Of a DNA stretch of 64,000 nt, positions 13,969-24,961 are shown piece after piece. Below the pieces are notes generated by a model. The model made no database searches, was not told the origin of the DNA, and saw nothing but the letters and a program-made list of their open reading frames with translations. Numbering within the stretch: the first letter of the stretch is position 1; each line of letters starts with the position of its first letter. Origin of the DNA: Fimbriosthenelais zetlandica (taxonomy: Eukaryota); contig OZ365115.1 in NCBI GenBank assembly GCA_977030845.1, forward strand, positions 29,636,001 through 29,700,000. Reading direction: 5' to 3'. Position numbers and translations under genes: made by a program.

Positions 13969-14061
13969 ATAGGGCAGTGCTCCGTTAGTAGATTAAATGG
14001 GGTGAAAGGATCCAGGTCCCACGTTATAGAGACCTGACCCCCTGGCCCGGATCTGCCCTAT
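13969..14061. mobile_element. Possible degenerate short MITE
   Basis: 9-bp terminal inverted repeats, ATAGGGCAG (13969-13977) and CTGCCCTAT (14053-14061), with internal GGATCC-like motifs. No second copy was seen in the window. Confidence 0.25.
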
Positions 14062-17000
14062 AAAAACCCCAGGCTTGACAACATCATACCGTAATGTATG
14101 ATCAAGTTATCAATCACTCCCCTCATAACTATTATACAGGAAAAAACTTATAATGCATGTACATATGATATGGTGAATACTGCTCTCAGAGATGGCACAA
14201 TGCCTCAAATGGGGAAAAACATCTCTCATAGGAACGTGACCGTCTATGTCGGCATCAAATGTCCATGGTCAAAAATTTAGTAGGATTTTTAATTACTTTG
14301 AGGTGTTTACTTGGGGTAAGTAATAAGTGACGACAAAGAAATGCTATAATATGTAGGCCTATACTGAAAAACTGAACATTTTCTCTTCCAGTATTATACT
14401 ATCACGTTCTCGCTATTAGATGACAAACTTTACCATTCGTGACAACTAACATTGACATGAATTGTCATGGAAACTGTTGCCAAATACTTTCTGCTACATA
14501 TTAAGATGATCCTGCACAGGGATGTTATCAGATAACGGGGGATGGAGTTTCATTGAACAATTCCGGTTCCAGAGAGGTGACTAAGTCCACCCTTTACCAC
14601 TTTTACCACACATCTCTCATCTGCCCCATTTGGTTGCTATCTATTAGCTTATATTGCCCGCAAACCTTTTTATCAGACCTCCACTGGGGCTTTGGATGTA
14701 TTTTAAATTGATTTATTAATGAGGGGAAGGAGCACTTCAGTGCGAAGTCATTGCCTCTTCTATCTGTTGGTTACCATAGCAAAAAATGCAGGCAAGAACA
14801 CTAATACCAGTTTAACTGGTAAGCTATCACTTATAATTTATATCAATGCTCTGAATAGGAAGGAATTCCACCTGACCTCCGAATCCACTCCACAAATACT
14901 TCAAAGCCTGATACATGCATATTGATTGGAAGAAACCTATTCGAATCTTCTCTGGGGAAGGGGAAGGGGAAGTGGAAGGGCGATGGGCATTTTCCCAAGT
15001 CAGTCCCTGGGGGGAAATGTAATCGGGGGACATCCCCCTCCCTTGAACCCTTTGCCCTGGAAACTCAATTGCAAATGAAGCTAGGCCTGTAGGTAATACA
15101 TAATCTCAATATCCTCAGTGCCGGGAAAAAAACTATTGATCCATATGTTTGGCATTCACCTCGGTGTCAATGCTACCAAGCAGCTCGTTACACGTGGAGT
15201 CGTATGGGATGGAGCTGCTCCTTTGAGGCCCAGAAAGCTCATGAGGCATTAAGCATTACTATAAGCTACTTTTGACTTTTAACTTTGCAGCTCAAGGGTA
15301 TATGAATTACGCATACCAGTCTAGTGTGTGTAATATAAGCCATAGATGAATCATGGTAGTATTTTATGTTCCAACAATTCCTGCTGTTATCAATTGGTTG
15401 TTGTGTTTGTCCCAGGACGGATATAGCATCGATTGATCTGTAGTCTAAACATCTGGTCCCCAGATATATCTGGCAGACCGACTTAGATTCAAATAGATAA
15501 GGGCATTTTTTTAATATGGAGGCAATAGTTAATTATATAATTTGGACTGAACCTAAAGCCATGACTTCCTACCTCGCCGTATCTATTTTTCTCGCTCCCA
15601 TGTCTAGACTTATCATTCTAAAGGGGGATTAATTATCGGAAAATTATTTGTCAAAATTAACATACGCCTGTATATGGACACCTTCGGGTGTTATACAATT
15701 CTTGACTCCCTAGTGAGATCACCACACAATAGAAAACTTTTAAAACCTTCTTTTAGTCACAATAACAAGGAAAAGAATGGGTCTAGGTCTAGGTCTAGTT
15801 AAACTTAATTATAGGGTTAAGGGACTCCTAGAAAGTACAAAGGTGAATGGGTGTACAAAAATATAACCATTAAGACACATGGGGAGGTGAGATGCAGGTA
15901 GAATATACCTGTATAAATGTTTCTATATGTGTGTGCCAGAAACACAAGGTAAACTCTGCCAACCATGACCAATCGCCTATTGTCAACACGCCCCCCGAGG
16001 ACAGCAATACCGAGATTTTACCTTCTACATGCCTCACATTCCTTCCTACCTGTTTTCACACCAAACCTGACCCTTCCCAACCTATTTTACTTTGAAAATT
16101 TGAAATCTAAATACTTACCGTATAATTGCCTTGATGTAGGACATCCAAAAAGAAGCGTGGTAACTGTAGACAGAATCATGGTGCCAAGTTTCTTAAAACT
16201 TTTTGCCAAATTTTTGAATTGAAGTTCAGTTTAATGAACTTTAAAATCTCACAGCGATCTTTTAACGCTAAGATCCGTAGAATTTGTTTCCCTTGGAAAA
16301 AGATTTAGTCAGTTGTATGGTCATTGTGAATAGCAATCCATGGATCCGTAAAATTTGTCAAAGGCCATAATAAATTCATAGGTGCATGGTCCTGTATAAG
16401 TCAACACGTGCTTGTGTGTGTAGTTTGTGAGTGCCTATAACTCCAGCCCCTCAGTCACACAGCCTGGAGAGTAGAGTGTGGAGGGGATCGAGGATTAATA
16501 ACGAATGGGGTATAGTACTTGGTTAAGTTGTATTGGTACACAGACTGCACTTGGGGAGGTGTTGTGACTAAGCTCTCCTTCCCCTCCCCCTCTTTTGGCC
16601 TCCTGCTTCAACAAGAATCCTTTTACATCATGTGAATCATTCTGAAGGCCCTACCCTCATTGAGGTTTAGGGGGTGAGGAAAATTATGTAGGGCTCGAAA
16701 TTGTGTGAAAAATGTATGCCATTAAAATTCCTCAATAGTTACTCATGAAAAAAAATAAAGTAATATCTTTTAAATGTTAATAAAACACCCAGCCAACTAA
16801 TAGACTGACAGTCAGCCATACAAACCAAATGCTCATATACTCTAGTATTTGGGCTCACATGTCCAGACACATTTATCTTGGAGCTGTAAAATCATGAAGA
16901 GCGACCCAGAAGCACTAAGTATATTTCATACAATAATGTTTCCATTAAGTTAATTAGTTCCCCATACTCGATATTCAGTCTTTGGACTCAGGGAACCTTC

Positions 17001-17911
17001 CATGCCACACAATTAACCCTCCCAGCTCTACTCCCTACTACTGACCTTTCCCTGCCTACAGGCAACCGGCCCGTGGTTGGTTAAGCGCCAGCGGTAGACT
17101 GTGAAAACCAGGGAAAAGGGACCCAAGGCAAGATGGTTAGGTTGATGAAGTGGTGCGTAAATAGGTGGAAAGGTCATACATATGATAAAGAATTAACATA
17201 CAGTCATCACGGTAGCAAAAAGTCAATTGGTTCGAATAGAAAATTCTTTCTAAACATTCAATTTGTTTTGACTTTAAATGAGTAAAAACAGTTAATGACG
17301 ATTATCAGATTAATTTTTTTGACTTTTAAATATTTATTTAACTATACATAGTGGAAAATGACAAAACCTTACAAGATTGATTTATCCCTTATTCGGTACT
17401 AGTACCTAGTCACTACCAATACCTACTCAACCGACACAAAACGGATTTGGGAAATATATCCCAACTAATACATGTAGAACACTGAATATAGGTGCTGACA
17501 ATGTAACGCGCACACAGTGATAGAACCTAACTTTTATATCCAAGACGGAATGTTCAATTGCTCCCCCGTGTAAGTTATAATAATAAGTACCGAAGTTATT
17601 ATTTAAAGATGATATACCTTCTTCCTCATAGAAGTCATTCAACCATAAAAATTCACATGAAAAATTATATGCAACATTTCACCATATACAAGATTGACTG
17701 TATGAGAAATGATCTGTGCCATTACACCGGCTATTAAAGATGAAATTCATGATAAGCGATTTTAGATTTGACTGTGATAATTACCCTGAAAAAAGGAGAG
17801 GGACAGAAGGGGGAAAAAATTCCCCAGAGTTAACATTATTAACGCGTCCTCTAAGCTTAACCCAGACTTGTTACTTGATACATTTATCACTTTTAATATA
17901 TAATATGGTTT

Positions 17912-18028
17912 CTAATTTTTCTTCTCTTCTTGTGTTTTCCTTTTAAGTGCCTTGGCACGTACGACTTTCATGTGGGAAAGCGTCTGTTTGCTGACAAGCC
18001 AGAAGGGCAAACGGGTCAGTACGAAACC
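17912..18028 (-). CDS. HSD17B12: HSD17B12 alternative last exon C (distal)
   Basis: Acceptor ttttgctttcag|GGT, phase 0. Encodes GFVLTRLPFWLVSKQTLSHMKVVRAKALKRKTQEEKKN*, the closest of the three to the vertebrate C-terminus (...KKTKKN). Confidence 0.88.
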   Translation of the reverse strand, partial: GFVLTRLPFWLVSKQTLSHMKVVRAKALKRKTQEEKKN

Positions 18029-21000
18029 CTGAAAGCAAAAATAGATATCAATATCAAAAATATGGAAAGTAGAAATCAAAATAAAAGACTCACAAGTAAA
18101 ACTACGGATGTGCAAATAACACATTCATACTTACTTTTTATTTCCATTTCTTTCAAAATCATTTCTAGAAACATGCAGGCGGAAAAATAACATAATTCTT
18201 TCCATGCCATTGTTTCGTTTTCTCGATATAAGCATGGGGAAAGGAATTCGTGATATAGGCTATAGGTAAGTTCTATTCAGAGACAGGGTTGAAAATTGCA
18301 TATCCAGGATAATTTATACAAGGTTAATTTTAGGCCATAACAGTAGGGGGAAAATGTATGGATTAATAGATATTGCCATAGATCATAATTATATATTATA
18401 CAAGTAGGTAGTTGTAGATCCCTTAATTCTAACACAGGACCCTAAGGCAATCTAAAGAATGCAAAGATACCAATTCTCTAAATGAAAAAAGCTTTCCACC
18501 GTTTGTGAATATAGGGGGCGAAAGGAGAAGATATGACACTAATGAGTGCACTATATTAGGCAGTGATAAACCTAGGCCTAAACCCAGCTTATGTAGCTGA
18601 TGAGAGACATCTTAAGTGTAAACAGTCCAGGATGCAGGCTATAATAATGACCACCTACTCAGTTATAACGGAAGTCTTTCTTCCCTTTACTAGCTATGGC
18701 CTTGGCTCGAGCAGAGACCATAGCGGTTTGCATGACGTACTGGTACACGGGGTAAGGGAGGCTTCCGAAAATGCAGCCCTGTTAAGATTAATCCAGCATT
18801 TAATACAACAGTTCCATCTGTTACCAGAGTTAAGGCAAAGCCATGCTTTGTATTTCGGAGGCACCCCACCCCGCCCCAACATAATCCTAGGGGCAACATG
18901 TTCAGACTTGGTCTTTGTATGGACATGGGATTGTTGCAGAAGAAAGATGCCCGACATTAACCCATAGGCTTATCATCAGGTAATGTATTACGCCTTTATT
19001 TTGAAACCGGTTGCAGAACCTATCTCTTCTACTTTAAGGTTTATGGAGATCTAGTGCGTCCTCTCGTTGCAAAAGCGTTCAAATGTTAACCGATGAACCA
19101 TGCCACTAAATGCAACCTAACAGATTATTTCGCTCACAAGCCGTGGGCCCTTTTCATAATCGTCTTATAGACATATTATCTGTTCATGTATGAAATAAGA
19201 GGCAGATTGAGGTAGAAACCAACACTTAGATGCAACCCTAACTCCATGTGTGCTTAACAGATTATCCCGCAAATAAATATGGGTTCACACCAGTAAAGAT
19301 ATGGGTATCTATATTCAATAATCATGACGAGACAACACCTATATAATTGTTACAAGGACATACCATTAGGACCTATAATACTTGCGGCCCGCATTAATGG
19401 GGAGATTAGGGTCGTTTAATCTTTTAAGGGCTCTCTGTTGATACCAAGAACCGGGCAAAATAAAGCCCAATATGAATCCCTGGAAAGGCAATCAGGGTTT
19501 CACATTAACATATATACATGTATGGTGAAAATTCATTTCGGGTTAAAAGTGCAGGTCAAACCTTGGTTGCCTTCAAATTAAAATTCCATATACTGACAGG
19601 GAACGCAGTGGAATAGGATTGGATGAGGGTGTTCAATGCAAACACGATCAAGTGGGTGAATGAGGAAAAGTGGAATATTTACATTATTTTTTCACCAATG
19701 AATATAGGTACAATGGTTGTAAAATGACTTACCTGTAAAGCATGAGAGATACAGCCAAAGGTCTGCCCCTCAATGCCAATCGTAGCAAGAGCGGCACGGA
19801 CGTAGGAGGTGGGGGTAGGTACGGCGAAACTGGCCTTACGCATCTTACTCAGTTTGGTGCTAACAAAGTAGGGCATAACGGACTGAAAAGGAAGAAAATC
19901 ATTTTTAGGTTCCTCTTAAAAACGCTAAAAATCGTAATAATTTATTAAGTAACCTTAAAATAATATTTATAAGGTTTGCGGGTATTAACTACATGTAAGG
20001 ATGACTATTTCTGGTACATATATCTCGTGTTTATGTTATAGATATGCATGACATCACTTACCTGGATAATAATTCCCTTACTCTTGTATTCGGTCTGGAG
20101 AGCCCGACTGAAGAAATCCACAAAGGCCTGTAGAGGATAAAACAGAAGAAAATCTTGTCAATGTCAAATTCGCCCTTTTAACAAATGTACCTTACAGGGT
20201 ACTGCTCAGGATCATAGTTCAGTATCAGCTGGTGGATTTTTCTCTTCTAATTCTCATGTAATTTCTTCTATAAAAGTTATTTTCTTGAAATTATACAAAA
20301 AGCAAATACATTACCTTGGTAGCTGAATACAATGTGAGCATGGGAGTTGGGATATATCCCGAACCGGAGGAAATATTGATGATAGCACCGCGCCTCCGCT
20401 CCTCCATACCCTTCAGTACTATCTTAGTCATCTGCAATTATTGGGAATAAACCTTTTAAGACAAAATTAATCATAATTTGTTTAAATCATACATTTGAAA
20501 AATATGGTTCAACAATTAAAATTACTTGAAACACATAAATAAGTAAAACCCATATGTTTAAGAAAGTATACGTTAATTTTAATAATAATTCATCAGAATG
20601 GTGGTGAAAAAAGTCTCACCTGGGCGACTGAGGCCATGTTGACGTTGAGAATGTTCCTGATGGTCTGAAATAAAGATGAATTAATTACATATAATGTCAA
20701 AATTCATGTCAAATTATTGGTATAGTACTGATATACAACAAATAAGTCTAGGAAAATGCTGTGACAACTGATGCTCAATCACGGTAAATTTTAACAATTT
20801 TAATAATATTTTTTTGCCAAAGTAAACGCTGGATTTAATATTTTAGAGAGACTTACTTCTTCATCTACATCCGCATAATATTCAGGATGGTTATAGGACA
20901 TCCCAACGTTATTCACTGGAACAGAACGTGTCACATTGATTAACATTGGGTAGGATCAGGGCTGTATACGGGCTGAATTTATTATTTAAATGATTAAGGA

Positions 21001-22504
21001 CGAAACGTGCTTCCACTATAGACTAGCGCAAGTCTTTCATTCTTTTATATATTCAAACTAACAAATAATGAGGCCTTTCCCTCGCTCGTCTAACTTATTA
21101 CCTACTCACCTAAAACTCCAATATCCATGTTGCCGATTTCCTTCTTTATTTTCTCATAAATCTCAGGACCACCAGTAAAATCGATCGATATGCATTTTGT
21201 CTTAACTTTGCTCCTCGATTCTAAAAGGCAAATATAGAATGAAATGAAAGATAGAATAAAAAATTAAAATGTGCCTTTATTGGTCTATCTCCAGTCAGAG
21301 GAATCTATAGAATCATACATGAAGGCATACATACCTATTTCTGAGGCCACGTCACTCAGCTTCTCGGCATTGCGGCTTATCAGGACAATGTCCAATCCCA
21401 TGCTACCGAGCTAAAACAAATGATATTGACTTATAGTGGGTTGCATTGTTCTAAATATATTAAAAGGATTTATTCTTATAATAATGTTTTGTCTATTCAT
21501 ATAGCACTAATTATTTAGTAGCCTTTAGATCGTGCCATTTTTTGTCTCTATATTTACACTTTACAGTTCTGGGAAATAGTGGTTTGATAACAACTGTTAC
21601 CAGTAGGCTATAGTATAGGTGTAGGCCCTTTTATTCATTATAAATCACATCCTCCCGACCCGACAATCTCAGATAGATTTTCTCACCTCGTGAGCGTAGG
21701 CTTTTCCAATGCCATCAGTAGATCCCGTAACCACTGAAAAATATAATTTAAATAGCGTGTAACAACCCAGAATCCCCAAAGAAATCAGAGGTACCGTTAC
21801 CCAGTAGTTTAATTTATTTGGTTCAATTCATGATCATTCATAGGCCATGCAGGTAGACCCTAAAATTAATTGAGGATAGGAGGCCTAATAAAGCCAAGGC
21901 CCAAGCCGCCCATAAACTAGGTGTGAACTGCAATGTGCACATGTGGGCATTGGGGCCTATATAGGTGTGGCCAGGGGGCGGGGCAGAATGCATGCTATAG
22001 CCTATAGTACCGGTATCTTAGTCCTAGATACTATAGTCTTGGACTTTGGCAATACAATAAAAAAAATTAAACCTGCATTGCTGCAAGATTAGTCAGATTA
22101 GAATACAATTAGATATCACTGGACCTTAGACATAGAATGTATATATTTTCTGACAGCAATGTTATGTCTATGGAAAGCATCCAACATATATAGCAAGCCC
22201 TATTAGCCAACCGGTGTAGGCCTACCTACCCGGTGTACGGGCCACCGGTTTCGGGTTGGCCTACTGTACTGACGCGATGACCCGATGTGTCAGGCCATTC
22301 GAGTCCCGAGAGGTGCAACTTACCTGCCCACTGGCCCATTGTCTGCAGGTTGGCATTAAGTCCCAATGATTTCCCAATCACATATGCCTTTAGACCACTC
22401 CATATTGCCCAGAACAGCTTTAAAGCAAGGTACGATGCCGCAATAGCACCAAATAAAGCAAAGCTATCGGCATAATCGCCAAGGAATGAGTTGGAGTCCG
22501 CCAT
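17912..22504 (-). CDS. HSD17B12: Very-long-chain 3-oxoacyl-CoA reductase / 17-beta-HSD12 (SDR family), 322 aa with the distal last exon
   Basis: Exons 22504-22324, 21733-21687, 21410-21335, 21220-21110, 20915-20857, 20664-20620, 20431-20315, 20127-20062, 19882-19733 and 18028-17912, all GT-AG and phase-consistent. Motifs: N-terminal TM, TGSTDGIG (TGxxxGxG), NNVG, catalytic YSATK (YxxxK), PYFVSTK, and C-terminus ...RAKALKRKTQEEKKN. Confidence 0.95.
18659..18778 (-). CDS. HSD17B12: HSD17B12 alternative last exon B
   Basis: Acceptor gattaatcttaacag|GGC, phase 0. Encodes GCIFGSLPYPVYQYVMQTAMVSARAKAIASKGKKDFRYN*, which aligns with exon C (G..F/L..LP...RAKA..K..KK). Too short for the ORF track. 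Confidence 0.75.
   Translation of the reverse strand, partial: GCIFGSLPYPVYQYVMQTAMVSARAKAIASKGKKDFRYN
19366..19479 (-). CDS. HSD17B12: HSD17B12 alternative last exon A (proximal)
   Basis: Acceptor ccctgattgcctttccag|GGA, phase 0. Encodes GFILGFILPGSWYQQRALKRLNDPNLPINAGRKYYRS*. The GF.L...LP.SW start matches exon C. Confidence 0.65.
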   Translation of the reverse strand, partial: GFILGFILPGSWYQQRALKRLNDPNLPINAGRKYYRS

Positions 22505-22959
22505 CTTGGAAAATGATGTGGACTTTGTAATGTAGAGGGAGTCGTGGTGCAGGTGCGCGGATGGTGGCGCTACCCAAGTCAGCGGCAATCACAGGAACTT
22601 CAAAATCCAAAAGTGCGATTGCTACATTCTTCCCTCGAAACGTGTTCCAGGGGAGCAATGAGCCATAGCAATCCGAGTTCTTATTGGCTTTTCTTATCAA
22701 CTTAGAATAACCCATTTTGTTTTTTTCCTTCTTTATCAAGATTATTATGATAAATTTGATGACATATATTTGACATTTGACATTTTAAAGCTAAATATTT
22801 AGGAATTACATTTTATCGCGGCAGCTGAAAACATGGCGCGCAAGGTGACAGCTGTTCGCAATATTTAGCAATGTGCATCCTGCGTATTCCCTAACATCGC
22901 CCGGTCGGCCAACAAAGAAAACAAACGTGAAAACGCTAATATTTACAATGATTCCACCG
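22505..22959. promoter_or_regulatory. Putative bidirectional promoter and Bcl-2 5' UTR exon between HSD17B12 and the Bcl-2-family gene
   Basis: Divergent genes with a CpG-richer spacer. ATTGG (CCAAT box) at 22683-22687. YY1-like AAGATGGCGG over the HSD17B12 start and AACATGGCG at 22830-22838. Splice donor CCG|gtaagt at 22959/22960 pairs with acceptor cttgctccag| at 23380. Confidence 0.55.
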
Positions 22960-23446
22960 GTAAGTATCCGTTTAAACATTGCTTCAGACACAAGAACTTC
23001 TTTAGATATTATTTCCCTTCAATGGGTGTCGTAGCTCTCATTTATATGACAAAAAACATTGTAATGCAGAGGACAGCTGCAACCCAGGCAAACAAAAAGC
23101 AAAGGCCAAAGGCAAAGCCATGCATTTACCGTCCATAGGCATAGATAATACTATATTATAGGCGCTATGCATTGGCATAGATCTTATAATAATAGAGGTC
23201 AGTCTACTAATGCGGATCCAAGTTGCTGATCGTGGTTCAATGTTATGTGCCCATAGGCTACAACTGCTGTTAATTAATCTGTTTATTATATTATAACGTT
23301 TTATTCATAATTTCATAAATTGTAAATTAATTGTATCAAAGTGAGTCTTATTAAATTTATCCCATTCTTTCTTGCTCCAGGGGTCAATTTGCATGAGATG
23401 ATACCAGCCAGGCGTTGTTGAAACTTCACAGTGTACCGGTACCAAG

Positions 23447-24524
23447 ATGTCAACGACCCAGCGTAACAACAAAGGTCATGTACGTCATGGCTCTGACAAT
23501 GGTATCGACATTCAATTCCTGGCGGCGGGAAGTACCATCAACGCCCAGAAATATTCCAGTACCATCCCAGAGACAATCCGCGCGTCTGGCAACGTAGGAC
23601 ACAACTTCACTCCCTCCAATGTCCCTGGCCAGCAGATCATTTTGGATGGAGATTTCCTCCCTGCTAATTTCAGGACCCAGTCGTATGAGATTGCTAAAGA
23701 CTCGGTCCGCTTTGTTTGCCGCGGTGAGTGCTATGGACCAGCACCTAGTAAAGCTGCTGTCATCATGAGGTCTTTGGTTGAAGATACCATCAAAGACCGG
23801 TCAGCCATGATGTCACAGTTAGTGAGGACTCTAGATGTACGGGAGCGGGAACAGCTCCAACTGGTCAGAAACATCGCTAACAATATGTTTGATGATGAGC
23901 AGGTGAACTGGAGCAGGATTGTCACGCTACATGCCTTCTGTGGCTGCTTAGCTAAGTACTGTGAGCAGAGAAACCTGCCTGATTGTGCTGATGATGTGGC
24001 CATAGTTTTGGCTGATTTTGTAGTTAATCGTTTGGGGCTGTGGATAGTGACACACGGAGGATGGGTGAGTGTATAGTCCCAATAAGTTAGTTTTAAATTG
24101 ATAGCAGATGCATCTTTTAATAAAAAAATATTTTCAATAAATAATAAGTGCATGAATGGGTTGCCCTCATATGTAGTTCTTTGGGAATCTGCTTTACCAG
24201 ATCCTAGGATCAAACTCAGAGCCATGCCTCCCATGTCATCTGAATTTATGATGTTCTTATTTAAGCAATATGAACATCTAATGCTTCACAAAAGCTGACA
24301 TGATTAGTACTGACCATTTCCCACTGTTCCCATCTATGGGTGAGATTCATCCCATCATGGCTTTTCATTGCCTTTGTTTCTTACAGAAAGGCTTTGAGGA
24401 CCAGTTCCCTTCCCTAGTATTGTGGGGCAACTCTGGCATGTGGAAGGGGATCGTCATCGCAGCTTTACTATTTTTCGCTCTGGCGGTCTTCTACTCATGC
24501 ATTCGCTTTGTAGTCAGCAGATGA
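23447..24524 (+). CDS. Bcl-2-family multidomain protein (BCL2L10/NR-13/Mcl-1-like), 251 aa, isoform with proximal TM exon
   Basis: Exon 23447-24064 contains BH4-like SYEIAKDSVRFVC, BH1 MFDDEQVNWSRIVTLHAF and BH2 WIVTHGGW, with donor TGG|gtgagt at the conserved BH2 intron position. Exon 24387-24524 encodes KGFEDQF...WKGIVIAALLFFALAVFYSCIRFVVSR* (tail anchor). Orthology within the family is unresolved. Confidence 0.92.
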
Positions 24525-24817
24525 CCTGAAGAACTACATCTGAGGGCCGTCAGTACTGGATAATTGTGAGCAATTACTAGCTTTAAAAGTGAATCATGTT
24601 AGACAATAGAAATGGTCATCAACAAAAAAGAATAGTGATTGTTCTTCAGTGATGGCATCAAACCATCACTGAAGTAATTACAAGTTTTACAAGCTGAAAA
24701 TTTGCTATTTAATTCCAGATCTCTTGCTATTTTCAGAATCTTATTCCATCATTCACATGATTTCTCACTGTAATTTGAAATTACTAAAATCCTTATCATG
24801 CACTTTTTGTTTTACAG

Positions 24818-24961
24818 AGTGAGTTTGAGCGTCACTTCCCCACTCTGGTATTCTGGGGTACGTCTGGCCTGTGGAAGGGCGTGTTTGTTGTGGCCCTCCT
24901 CATTGGGACTATCTTCGTCTGTTACCAAGCCATTTATGGAGGTCCAAGTGTTAAACTTTGA
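24818..24961 (+). CDS. Bcl-2-family gene alternative (duplicated) last exon with a second TM anchor
   Basis: Acceptor ctttttgttttacag|AGT, phase 0. Encodes SEFERHFPTLVFWGTSGLWKGVFVVALLIGTIFVCYQAIYGGPSVKL*, with 13 of the first 21 residues identical to exon 24387-24524. This frame is absent from the ORF track. Confidence 0.82.
   Translation, partial: SEFERHFPTLVFWGTSGLWKGVFVVALLIGTIFVCYQAIYGGPSVKL

Noticed and set aside
18563-18967. Three overlapping ORFs (134, 87 and 78 aa)
   Set aside because: The real coding signal is HSD17B12 exon B in a different minus-strand frame, so these are by-products.
23731-24234. 167-aa minus-strand ORF
   Set aside because: Antisense shadow of the Bcl-2 exon with no recognisable motifs.
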